A DNA stretch of 63,266 nt, counting the filler, from Craspedostauros australis (taxonomy: Eukaryota): the NCBI GenBank assembly GCA_030167865.1. It is 7 parts of 7 records of this genome, joined end to end, with 100 filler letters (N's around TTAATTAATTAA, not from the genome) between each part and the next. Parts side by side here need not be neighbours in the genome. Positions count along the whole stretch, not along the records: positions 1 to 16,929 come from JALAGF010001673.1; positions 17,030 to 20,787 come from JALAGF010001680.1; positions 20,888 to 24,185 come from JALAGF010001684.1; 4 more parts are not named here. One strand, 5' to 3'. Positions within the stretch are counted from its first letter, which is position 1. The number at the start of each line of letters is the position of its first letter. The notes below the pieces were generated by a model. The model searched no databases, had not been told where the DNA came from, and saw only the letters and a list, made by a program, of their open reading frames with translations. This document shows, in pieces, positions 11,015 to 21,883 of this stretch. The translations under genes were made by a program, and so were the position numbers.

Positions 11015-12696
11015 TTAGAACATGTCGAGTCCGGCGAGGGCTGGGACGGAGCCTGGGACGGCGTTGGCAGCGATGAAGGACATGATGGCGATCATGGCGA
11101 GGCGTCCGTTGTTCAATTCACGGTCCTGCTTGGTCTTGAGTGTGGCTTCGCTGACACCGGAGAAGTCGACTGGTGGGAAGACGATGGTTGGGGTGGAACC
11201 TCCCTTCATGTAGTGGACTCCCTGGCGCTCGGAGGCGAGCTCGGCGATGAAGATGGTTCCGAGGATCTGGGCCTTGCCACTGTCTGGGACGGCATCCCAA
11301 GCCTGGAATGGCTTCATGCTGGAGAGGCTCTCGAAGGAGACATCGCTGCTGAGCATGCCTGGGAAGTGAATTCCGGAGGCCTGGACGATGTATCCGGTGG
11401 TGGCGAGCATGGCAACGCGTCCGTTCTTGAGCTCGGCGGCGCGGAACCAGGCAAGGGTCTCGTCACTTCCGACGGTGGCGAGGGAGAGTGGGTCGAAGGC
11501 CTTGATTGGAGCGGTGTTTCCGGCCATCTCATCGAGGGATCCAGCCAGCTGTGTGCTGGATGCCTGTTGGTGGTGTTGCGGGTTTGATTGTCGTCATGGC
11601 GGTCACAGATTGGCACACAAAAAGTGCGCAAGGTGAAGAAATGGGTGGAGTTCAACATGTGAGATGATGAAATGAGGGGAAAAGGTGAGAATGACGTGGT
11701 ATTGATGTGAGATGATGATGAAATGAGGAGAAATGCGTCTGGCAACACTTCTGAAGGCTTGGCACGGAGGATGTGTGATGGCCTTCCAATGGGATTCGTT
11801 GCTGGTGGTGGGCTTCATTCATTCATCCATTCATCTCGTGCGATCACTTGCTGTAAAGAGGATGAGACATGAATCTGGCATTGGTCGTGGTTGCCGTCGT
11901 GCTTCTTGTGGGTGCGTATGCGACTTGGGGCCTTGTTGAAGTACGTTCGTTGGGAGAGTGGGGTCCGCGTCTGATCGAGAAGGTTCTCACAGTTTGCGGT
12001 GCGCTCACATGCCCACTTGATTCGGATGTGTTGAGCTAGGCTGCCCCAAGAGCCGAATGGGGCTGTCCTGTGCCACGCACATCTCTTCTGCTTGAATGTG
12101 AAGTGCTTGAAGTGGTCCGCAAGCTGACCTCGCTCAACTTGCATCTTGATGATCATCCGAGCTTGTCCAGTCATATGCTGCTATGCCATGTCTGTATTCG
12201 TTGCTATGTCGTGTGTGTTGCCGATGAGCTAACATCGCGAGTGCGTGGTGTTGACGTTGGTTGTGCTGTCCCCGAAATGATGCAGCGCCGTCGCCCCTCG
12301 ACCTCGCTGACCAATCCTCAACACCATGCGCATGATCTGCGTCATCATCCTACGTTCGGCAATGAACCGTCCCCTCGCAAGCACAGTGGATGTTGTTGTT
12401 GGGGCGTCTCCATGAATCCGGACGCTTCCACGAACCTGCCCTCATCTGAATGAGGTCATCACAATGCACGCAGCAACAAACAAACGCAAAGGCAACGACA
12501 ACCAATGCATCCATGTTCAACCGCGACCCAGGGATGAACGATGATTCCCATGGCCGCTCGTCCTCTACCACCATCTCCAGAATCAATCGACAACCGAAGA
12601 TGCGCCAAGAAGCGGCGTCCTGCAACTAACCTGTTGGGCGGCTGGGGCGAAAGCAGCGGCGGAGCCGACGAGAGCGAGGAGAGAAAGGACCTTCAT
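11015..12696 (-). CDS. Fucoxanthin-chlorophyll a/c binding light-harvesting protein (LHC/FCP), plastid-targeted (exons 12696-12631, 11563-11015)
   Basis: Chlorophyll-binding motifs FDPL, FRAAELKNGRVAMLA and ELNNGRLAMIA. Exon 1 (MKVLSLLALVGSAAAFAPAAQQ) carries the ASAFAP-type motif. Phase-0 intron GTTAGT...CAG spans 12630-11564. Confidence 0.93.
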
Positions 12697-13218
12697 GTTG
12701 GAAATCGAATTGGATGTCGAGCGTGAAACTGTACGGTTGTGGGAGTTGGACGTTTGATGATTTTGGACTGTTGCTGGGACGAGGTTTGGGGTTGGATGGC
12801 GATGTTGCACAACGACGTTTCACAACAGCAACAGAGAGCAACAGTATTGGTAGCAGAACCGTCACACACAGAAAACCAACCACAACGCTGAAGAGAGAGA
12901 AGCGAAAGATGACGAAGGTAACGATGACAAACGCAACGACGGAATCGGCAACAGCAACGACAGCAACAGTGACGGAAACGAAGCAGTCACGAAGGCCAAA
13001 AATCGTGAACCACCAACCGACAGCGTGTTGCGTGTTGCACGTCGCCTTTGCTCGGATTGGTCAGTTGCAGTTGAGTATCTTGCGTATCTTCCTTTTCTCA
13101 AGACCTCAAGTTGAGACGAGGCGGGACACGAAAAGAGGAACAAAGTTTCTGAGAGAACACAATTTCGCAAAAGTATCAGCGATGATGTTTTGTCATTGTA
13201 CCGTATCAGCCACACGGT

Positions 13219-13291
13219 GGGGCCATAGTTCAGTTGGTAGAATTTCGGATTCCAGACCCGAAGGTCATCGGTTCAAATCCGGTTGGCCTCA
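13219..13291 (+). tRNA. trnW: tRNA-Trp (CCA)
   Basis: Acceptor GGGGCCA/TGGCCTC with discriminator A; D arm GTTC-AGTTGGTA-GAAT; anticodon arm TCGGA-TTCCAGA-CCCGA (CCA at 13252-13254); T arm ATCGG-TTCAAAT-CCGGT; TTTT Pol III terminator at 13296-13299. Confidence 0.93.
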
Positions 13292-14270
13292 CTTCTTTTG
13301 GGTCGTGACGATGTAATTCATTTTGCATCGCAAGATCGCAACCCAGGAAGATGCCTATCACGCACTGCGGACAGTGCGGAGTGTCATGTTACACCGCTCT
13401 TCGACATTTACCTTTTGCCTACACATGCCATGCTCCATCACATTCGCAGGAGTTGCGAACAAAGCAGCTCAAGAGTCGCCCAGTGTGCACTGGCTTTTAA
13501 ACAAGTCTCATGCTGTTGTCAATGAGTTTCACTTTGTAGTTCATGTGAAAGCCAATCTATTTCATCGATACGTGTGTGTGTCACCTCCTCACAACAACAG
13601 ACAGTCCACATCCATTGTCAAAAACTGTAACACAAAGTTGAGAGAAGAAGATGTGGCAACAGTCCCATGACCCTTCCACAGCAGAAGACATATGCAGGAC
13701 CAGTGTTAGAAAACTCCGCGCACGGAGAGTAGACTCGAATTGTTGCAGTTCTTCTTGTTGTTGTTTAGTTGTTAGATTTCTGATTGACTGGTTGTGAGAT
13801 GTTGAGTTCAGTAGCTGCATCTGATGTTGTTGTTGTCTGGGTTCCATCGCGGTCAATCCATGCCTTTCTTGTTGTTCACATGCTTGAGAGCTTTCCTCAA
13901 TCACATGTTTCATTGTTGAGAACACACACAGTACATAGTGTTGATTTCAGCTCTCTCTTTCGTTGATTCCATCTGTTCTTCGCGCATCTTCGTGTTTGGA
14001 TGGTATCAGGATCTTTCAACTTATCGAATCAACAAATAAAGATTCATTCTCTGTAGACTTTGGTACTGAATGTTTCGTTATGCATCTGACATGAAGATTC
14101 CAAGTCATTGTTGGAATCTTCTTCATGCCACATCATGTGCTCTTCTGGTCCAGTTTGTTGTGAGTCACGGCAGATGTGTCACAAGTTCACATCATCTCAC
14201 ATTTTCTTTTCTGCTCGTCGTTATCACACACACAGCAATTTGGCGGTCATTGCAGCAAAGCATCAAATGA

Positions 14271-16570
14271 TCACACAGTTCGACACTTGCCATCTCCTTT
14301 GGAACTATCACTCCCTGGGTTTGTTTCAAGGAATGAGTGCAATAACTTTTCAGAAGGTGTCATGCCTGCATCTGGTTCAGGAGAGTATGCAAAATCAATG
14401 ATTATCTTGTAGAGATCTTCAAGGACATCACCGTATGCTTGCATGAGGGCGTTGTCGAATGTCGTTGCGATGCTGCATAGTATTTTTGCCTCTTTATTGC
14501 CTTGACGATATATTGGTATGTGTGATACCAACAGTGCAAGTATCAGGTATGGTGTTACATGCAAACGGAGAGCAGCATGAAGTCAAGAATATGCAATTTT
14601 AGAACCATTTGGGTGAGATGCAAGCTCGAATATTGCATCTTGTGACAGGCAAGCTTCTGCTGTCATGTCATGCCATCATAAATTGTCTCAAGTATGGGCA
14701 CTTACCAATCACCATCAGCGTATTTGGTATGCCATACACATAGGCATGATGCAACAGCTGCACCCTTTCACCTTGCTTGCAGAAGAGTGACCGGTATGAA
14801 GCTGTGTTGGAATCACACACAGCATGTGCATTTCACAGCTCTTGATGCAATTTCGAAGCCCCATTCTAGTGAGAAACCTCAGTTTGTTTTGTCCCCTTCT
14901 TTGCCCTTGTTTTGGTCTCAACCACATGGACCTTGTCTGTGGTGTCATCATGGGGGTCTCCAATCACTGCAAGGAAGTCTACCAAGGCCCAAGCATACGG
15001 ATTGTCTTTCTTCTCAACCAAGCCAGCATTGAAGTATGCCTTGATTTGACTTCCATGCCCATCAATGGAGGGTGTTCTCATTGCATCCTCCTTCAACGGA
15101 TGCTCATTCTTGTGCCCAAGATGCGTGTAGTAGCCCAGCTCTCCCTTCTGCAGTTTCATGAACCATCCCTTCAAGACAGACCTTACCAGATCCATTTTCA
15201 GAGTTTCCATTGTGTCAACATTGTCAATAGAATCAAAAGAAGTGTAGGTTGCATTTCTGTCATCATTTCCATCCACATTGTTGGCATTGTGACATTCAGT
15301 GGAAGTCGTGGCCACCGCCACCTCTGTTTCATCAGTGTAACCCCCACCACCTCTGTGCAAGGCACTCTCATTGTTGTTGTTGGGATCAGATCTTGCTTCT
15401 GGGTTACAGATGTAGTCATTTTCACCTCCTCGTGCACTCTGGAACAGTTGAGAGTTGCTGCTGTCATCTGGCTCTCCATTGAGGCTTCTATTCTCAGCAG
15501 AAAGGTCAGTTTGGTTGGTCCTCTGGCTGTCCATGATTGCATGAGGTGCACTGCTGCTGTGGAGGTTGCCTGTTTGTGGTTGTGGTTGTGGCTGTGATTG
15601 TGTCCCTCCTCCTGGAGCATTCACATTGCCTTCGCTTGCAATCGTTTCATTGTTCTGGGATGGTTGTTGGGCTGTAGATTGTTGCTTGTTCCGATCTACG
15701 TCATGTTGCCACAACTTCTTTTGGAGGGAAGGGTCTGTGTGGGAATTGTACAACACTTCTGGAAATCCTCTTGGTGCACATACTTCTTTCAGAGTTGCAT
15801 TAGTCATGGCACAGTACCTTCGTTGCCCCTTGATCTCCGCCTTCAGTACTCAATTGAGCTTGGAACACATGATCTTCAATCCATGAGATAGTTTCCACCC
15901 TGCAAACAAGCGGATGAGAGGACACGCGCCTTCTTCGGACATGAAGCCACCCAGGTGTTCATGATCTTTGATCGCTCCAAGAATGGACTGTTTGAGCATG
16001 TGGGTGGATGCATCTGGATCAAGTAGCAGCCTGTACCTTTCCTGCACAGTGCTTTCCATAGCGCACTCGATTTCATGCTGCTCAGCCACCTTCGATCTGG
16101 CCTCCACATCAACACCAAGATGCTTGGCCAATCTGGACCAAGCACTGCGATTCAGCTCGCATGGCTCCTCCTTTGCGCACCACACATTCGCCTTCATGAC
16201 AATGTGGATAAGATTGTAGCCTGTCGAACTTGTGAATGACAGGGTCCGCAGCATGAACCAGATTGGATCTCTCTGTACACATGTAAGACCGTGCACAGGG
16301 AGTTGGTGAATGAGGCGCTTCCACGTTGGGACAATTTTGGCTTGTGATGTCTCCAGACTTGCTGCTGCTGCCATTTCCTGTTCATCTGCCTCTTCAAGCA
16401 TGGGGTCTGTCATCTGCATTTCCATGATACTATTGTCTGCTTCCTTGGACAGCCACAATGGTTGGAAATGACAGAAGACCGCCTTGTGTCCAACGCTGCC
16501 AAGGAGAAGAATTGTGGAAATTTGTCTGAGGTTGGATCTTTGTCATCTGATTTGTTCTGAAGAGCGTTAT
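14271..16570 (-). pseudogene. Decayed transposon-associated ORF with a YqaJ/lambda-exonuclease-like PD-(D/E)xK nuclease domain; one intron (14705-14501)
   Basis: ORFs 16458-15850 and 15807-14866 and the sequence beyond share one frame broken only by TGA/TAG stops. Motifs: QRDPIWFMLRTLSFTSST, LGHKNE, GLVEKKDNPYAWALVD, VVETKTR, QLLHHAYVYG. The GTAAGT...AAG intron joins VIG to NKEAKILC...AYGDVLEDLY. Confidence 0.65.
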
Positions 16571-16929
16571 CCCTTCATGACCTAGGGGATTACTTCGATC
16601 CAATATAAATTTCATTCTCACCCCATTCCGTTTTTGACCGCAACTTTTACATGTACCCCTCCACTTTTCTTGTACCAACGGAATCCTTGGGAGTTGGCGC
16701 TTCTNNNNNNNNNNNNNNNNNNNNNNNNNNNNNNNNNNNNNNNNNNNNNNNNNNNCCTCCGAAGTACTCGTGAATCGTTTTTTCGGCGACGGGACTGATG
16801 GGAAAACTCATCAGCGAGGCCATCATCGCTGATTTTCGCGACACATCAATGATTTTTTCGGTGCTCACATCTCTCACATCTCTCAACTCGATCGCCGTTT
16901 TCGCATGCATCACTTGGCATGCGTGTTCA
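16571..16929 (+). mobile_element. Terminal segment of a DNA transposon; inverted copy of 18441-18799
   Basis: Near-identical reverse complement of 18441-18799. It begins TAT|CCCTTCATGACCTAGGGG and similarity stops abruptly at that point in both copies. Confidence 0.75.
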
Positions 16930-17029
16930 NNNNNNNNNNNNNNNNNNNNNNNNNNNNNNNNNNNNNNNNNNNNTTAATTAATTAANNNNNNNNNNNNNNN
17001 NNNNNNNNNNNNNNNNNNNNNNNNNNNNN
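16930..17029. other. Artificial contig spacer N44-TTAATTAATTAA-N44
   Basis: Six-frame stop linker at 16974-16985; the same 100-bp structure occurs six times in the window. Confidence 0.97.
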
Positions 17030-18799
17030 GGTAATGTAGAATATCCCGACGTTCGGTTCCTTACTCTTGGGAGGTGCGGCAATATGGTGTTTCAGAACAC
17101 CCGATTCCTGACAAGTGGCCTTCTTCGTGTCAGCAGCAATTGTGCCCCTCACAGCTGTGAAGTGAATGTGGTTCCACACAACTTCGTATCTTGCCCGTGT
17201 CATGTACNTTGTCAGCAAGTGGGATGGTANGCCAATGGAAGGGGCNCGCCAATAATCCNGCTTGGCCGGTGCCTTGAAGACTCCCATGTAGTAGTAGATT
17301 GCAAGGAAGAGGTAGATCTCCTTCACTGTAACAAAGCTGGCTGTGGATCCACTGTTGAAGATATGGTTGTTGGTGTGGACTTGAATGGATTCAATGAGTT
17401 GTCGTGAGAAGTAAACCTCCAGGATAGTATCAACTGATGGGTTGACACCTCCAACTGACCGGAAGAGTGGCATGTGGGAACTGATGGGGAGTGGTGCATA
17501 GCCAACATTTTTGTTGGCGCCATGCACAGGAATGGCTGTGCCATCCGCACCAGTTGCATTGTCATTTGCAATTTCATTGTTGTCCATGATTGTGCCATCT
17601 GTAGCAGTTGCTCTGTCAGTAACCATGGCAGCACCGATGAAAGTGGTGTGATCTGCACGCATTGATCCATCATTGCTGGGTGTGCCATCGTGGCTGGGTG
17701 TGCCATCGTGGCTGGGTGTGCCATCATGGCTGGGTGTGCCATCGTGGCTGGGTGTGCCATCGTGGCTGGGCGTGCCATCGTGGCTGGGTGTGCCATCGTG
17801 GCTGGGCGTGCGATCGTGGCTGGCTGTGCCATCATTGGTGTCATTGGCTGCGATTGTGCCGCTTCTCTCATGATGGCTTTTTCGCCTCAACGCAAGTTTG
17901 CATTTGAGGCGGTTGAGGATGCGACTGCTGCGCCTGTTGCTTTCGATTCTGCTTGCGGTGCTGCTGATGGTGGTGGTACCAGCCACGCTGATGCAGGCAC
18001 TGTTGCCATTGCATACTCCCTTGCTGCTCACAGTTGGTGCTCCTGCAGAGCGGTTTCCTGTCGCTCCATTAGTAGCATGAAGCAATTCTTTCCGATTGCC
18101 ATTGAGGAATACCACAAAGGGTTCGGCACAATTGTAGCTTGCCGCACCAATTGGGGGAGGCTTGGATGCTTTGACGTGCTTGGATGTGGGAGAGGACGGA
18201 GATGATGTGGGCATGGCCGCGGGTGGACGAGATCTGCTGTGCTTGTGTTGTGATGGGCGATCGATGATGTGGCATCGTTGGAATTGTGATTTCAATTTTG
18301 TGATCAACAATCGTGACGATCTCTTCGACGGTGAGAAGAAACAATCAAGGAGATTGAGCACAACGAAGAATNNNNNNNNNNNNNNNNNNNNNNNNNNNNN
18401 NNNNNGAAGCCATGTGCTGGGAGGCATCCATGGAGCTGTATGAACACGCATGCCAAGTGATGCATGCGAAAACGGCGATCGAGTTGAGAGACGTGAGCGA
18501 TGTGAGCACCGAAAAAATCATTGATGTGTCGCGAAAATCAGCGATGATGGCCTCGCTGATGAGTTTTCCCGTCAGTCCCGTCGCTGAAAAAACGATTCAC
18601 GAGTACTTCGGAGGCCGATGGCGACTCAACCGCAGTAAGAAGACCCCTGATTCAGGAAGATCGGAAGAAGCGCAAACTCCCAGGGATTCCGTTGGTACAA
18701 GAAAAGTGGAGGGGTACATGTAACAGTTGCGGTCAAAAACGGAATGGGGTGAGAATGAAATTAATATTGGATCGAAGTAATCCCCTAGGTCACGAAGGG
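17030..18799 (-). mobile_element. piggyBac-like DNA transposon, 5' part: terminus at 18799 and 3'-truncated transposase ORF (~18214-17030)
   Basis: ILEVYFSRQLIESIQVHTN...VTVKEIYLFLAIYYYMGVFKAP..DYW...MTRARYEVVWNHIHF matches the N-terminal part of the piggyBac/IS4-type (DDE_Tnp_1_7) transposase domain. A CCCT-starting end lies about 590 bp upstream. Confidence 0.75.
17667..17834 (-). repeat. 18-bp minisatellite encoding (SHDGTP)x~9 within the transposase N-terminus
   Basis: Unit ccatcgtggctgggtgtg repeated in tandem on the + strand. Confidence 0.9.
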
Positions 18800-19529
18800 A
18801 TAGTTCCCAAGGTGGGGTGTGAGTCAGGTCGGTCATTCTTGAGTCATGATGGATTCGTGAATGGAGGAGAGAAAGGAGGAGAAAAGATTTGGTGGTCAAT
18901 CAAGTCGGAAGATTACGCGCCAAAACAAGAATTTCTCCCATCGGGTTGATACCGTGTCCGGTAATAGTCTGTCCCTCATTGAATCTCAACTGATTTCGCT
19001 GTTGTCAGGGTCGGAAGATTTCGCGCCAAAAGCGATTTTCAGGTAACAGCATGGGATACACTAAAGTGGAACGTAGTCTGTTCTTAAGTGAACTTCAACT
19101 GGGTTCTTCACCCACAACACACCATTGCCCACAATTGGTTAAGTGAATGAAGAGCCCCTTCTCAGTCAAGTGGACAACATCATCCAAGCTTTGGAACAAC
19201 CCATCATCAGCGATGTGATTGATACAGAAGCAAAGATGATCGGCCTTGTCCTGTTGGAAGGCTCCGCGCACGGAGAATCGGTAGAAGTCAACACTCTTTC
19301 TCAAAGTGTTTCTGTTACTGTTACTGTTGTTGCTATTGATTGTTGGTGAGCGAGCGTGGGGAATGAGATGATCAAGATGCTCTCTTGATCCATCTCTTCC
19401 TTGCTCTCTTTGCTTGGTGCAATCCTCTTGCACCTCCATTGCACATTGCTCTCATGTTGCTCGTTGATGTTGACTTGATCGTCAACGTTGTCGTCTCTCT
19501 CTCGTTGTTGTTCCGTTCTCAGGTTTTGT

Positions 19530-19760
19530 TGAATCTGATGATTGATCGAATCTGATGATGATCGAATCTGATGATTCATCGAATCTGATAATTGATCGAA
19601 TCTGATGGAATGTTCACAACATATTTCATTCCTGTAGACCTGGTAGTTAAGGTCTCGATGTGACGTCACGTGTGATGGATACTGTGGTATCCGCTGGTAT
19701 CGCGGTATCCTGTCATCGTAGTATCGCGGTATCCTCGTGGTATCGCGGTGGTATCGCTGT
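19530..19760. repeat. Short degenerate tandem repeats (gatcgaatctgatgatt-like units, then gtatcgcggtatcc-like units)
   Basis: About five copies of the gaatctgat core at 19530-19606 and several gtatcgcgg units at 19686-19760, in a TE-like context. Confidence 0.7.
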
Positions 19761-19764
19761 GACG

Positions 19765-20286
19765 TCATAGTTTTGGGTCGTGATTCTGCCACCAAATATT
19801 CTGGATGATGGCGCGCAAGTGTGACTGATGCATACACATCCGAGTACACACATTTCGACATTGTCCTTCTCTGAGTCCAAATATGTTTTTGAGACGACGC
19901 TTTGTTTCGATTCGCATATGGTGTAGCGTGGTTGGTGGCACATTAAGGGCAGCAGCAGCTGTGTAGGCGATTGCCGCATCGTTGATGTGAAGGTGTTGTA
20001 GGTGTTCTGTCAGGTCCTCTTGATCCCATTTGAGCACACCCTGACATGCATGATACTGCGGCAGCAAGCTCCAAAATGATTGGAAGTTGCTGGCCATAGT
20101 CTTTCTCGCATTGATCATCATTTTCTGGACCGTGGTGGGATGCACGTCGTAGCGCGCTGCCAGATGATCAAGCACCCCATCCTTGCAACAGCCATCGGCT
20201 TGCGACAGCAAGAGCGTCACCAAGATCCGAATCCGTCCGTCTGTAGATATGCGTTTCCTCTTCTTGCGTTCCATTGATTCCATCAT
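19765..20286 (-). pseudogene. Tc1/mariner-like transposase N-terminal (HTH) remnant
   Basis: RIRILVTLL...DGVLDHLAARYDVHPTTVQKM...KWDQEDL...AAAALNVPPTTLHHM resembles the paired HTH of plant/oomycete mariner-type transposases. No DDD domain is visible. Confidence 0.45.
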
Positions 20287-20787
20287 CTAGATGACACTTG
20301 TGACAACAAGTACATGAAGGGCTCTTGTCCGAAGCTACATACTGAGGAATTGGCAAGGTACATCATGGAGTCCGTCGATGACAACAAGTCGGAAAGAAAC
20401 GAGCAAGTTCCAGCATGCAACGCACAACATTCACTAATTGGATGCATACAAGAGCATTGAATGAACGCAACTACAATGTGGCAAGCCCTGTAAGATTGGG
20501 CACCTTGATAGTGGTGGCAGCTATATTCGTCATGTAATAGCCTAATTCAGTATGGATTGCGATGCTGTAATTGCGATGAAGATGTGCAGCAGGGCACTCC
20601 CAAAAATGATGACTCGCAGGCCGCGACGAGCTGGGCCGTTGTCTGCTCACGAAGCTTGCATCAACCCATATGATCACCACGAACAGAAAGGAGACAAATT
20701 GAACAAAGGTCTGATACGAAGATGGAGGTATGTCATTGAGCAACGAGGAGAAACGAAGTCATATGATGACGTCGTATTGCGACACCG

Positions 20788-20887
20788 NNNNNNNNNNNNN
20801 NNNNNNNNNNNNNNNNNNNNNNNNNNNNNNNTTAATTAATTAANNNNNNNNNNNNNNNNNNNNNNNNNNNNNNNNNNNNNNNNNNNN
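20788..20887. other. Artificial contig spacer
   Basis: N44-TTAATTAATTAA-N44. Confidence 0.97.
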
Positions 20888-21883
20888 GTCATCAAGCTGC
20901 TATCCCGCATCGTCGCTCCGACGGCCGATGAGCTCAAGATGCGGAAAGACGCTGCATCGGTGGCGAATGAGGCTCACGGGAACAGCAAGCCTGGCACTCC
21001 GTCTTCGCGTGCCTTCTCATCCGACGTGCAGGCTGCCCAAAGCATCGCGGCGACCCTGCACGATCACACCTACGGCATCACGTCCGATCCGTTGACGCAG
21101 TTCGCATGTGCATTCTCGGCGCTCATCCACGACGTTGATCATGCAGGCGTCCCCAACGCCCAGCTGGTGAAGGAGAATACCCGGATCTCGAAGATCTACC
21201 ACAACCGATCCGTGGCGGAGCAGAACTCGCTGGTGCTCGCNTGGGACATGTTCATGATGGANGAATACGCCGATCTGCGTTCCTGCATCTGCGGATCCTT
21301 CGACGAGCTCGATCGCTTCCGCAAGCTCGTGATCAACGCCGTGATGGCGACCGACATCGTCGACAAGGACCTGAAGCAGCTGCGCAATGGTCGGTGGGAC
21401 AAGGCATTCAAGGTATCTTCGGGGGGCGGCGGCGTCGGCCGTCCAGAACAGGATCTCGTGGCCGATGCCACCAACCGAAAGGCAACGATCGTGATCGAGC
21501 ATCTGATCCAGGCCTCGGATGTGGCGCACACCATGCAGCACTGGCATGTGTACAGGAAGTGGAACGAGCGGTACTTCAAGGAGTGTTACGCCGCCTACAA
21601 GGACGGAAGGGCACCAAGCGATCCCATCGAAACGTGGTACAAGGGNGAGATCGGGTTCTTCGACTTTTACGTCATCCCTCTGGCGAAGAAGCTGAAGGAG
21701 TGTGGCGTGTTTGGTAAATCGAGCGACGAGTATCTGAACTACGCCTTGGCCAATCGAAAGGAATGGGAATTGAAGGGCGAGGCTGTCACGCAAGGACTGG
21801 CGCGAGATGTCCTTGCCGAAGCGGCGGCAGCAGGAGCAGCAAGGAGAGATAGGGAAGTGGGGCAACATGCTCTACTACTATGA
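20888..21883 (+). CDS. 3'5'-cyclic nucleotide phosphodiesterase domain, 5'-truncated; typical C-terminus of diatom guanylate cyclase-PDE fusion proteins
   Basis: KLLSRIVAP, LHDHTYGITSDPLTQFAC.FSALIHDVDH.GVPN.QL, SVAEQNS, VMATDI.DK, ATIVIEHLIQASDVAHTMQHWHVYRKWNER, EIGFFDFYVIPLAKKLKECGVFG. Frame is open from the contig edge. Confidence 0.9.
   Translation, partial: VIKLLSRIVAPTADELKMRKDAASVANEAHGNSKPGTPSSRAFSSDVQAAQSIAATLHDHTYGITSDPLTQFACAFSALIHDVDHAGVPNAQLVKENTRISKIYHNRSVAEQNSLVLXWDMFMMXEYADLRSCICGSFDELDRFRKLVINAVMATDIVDKDLKQLRNGRWDKAFKVSSGGGGVGRPEQDLVADATNRKATIVIEHLIQASDVAHTMQHWHVYRKWNERYFKECYAAYKDGRAPSDPIETWYKXEIGFFDFYVIPLAKKLKECGVFGKSSDEYLNYALANRKEWELKGEAVTQGLARDVLAEAAAAGAARRDREVGQHALLL

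Noticed and set aside
10859..11587. 242-aa plus-strand ORF
   Set aside because: Antisense shadow of the LHC gene.
16974..16985. TTAATTAATTAA as piggyBac TTAA target sites or a biological repeat
   Set aside because: Always centred in a 100-bp N block; it is a six-frame-stop assembly linker.
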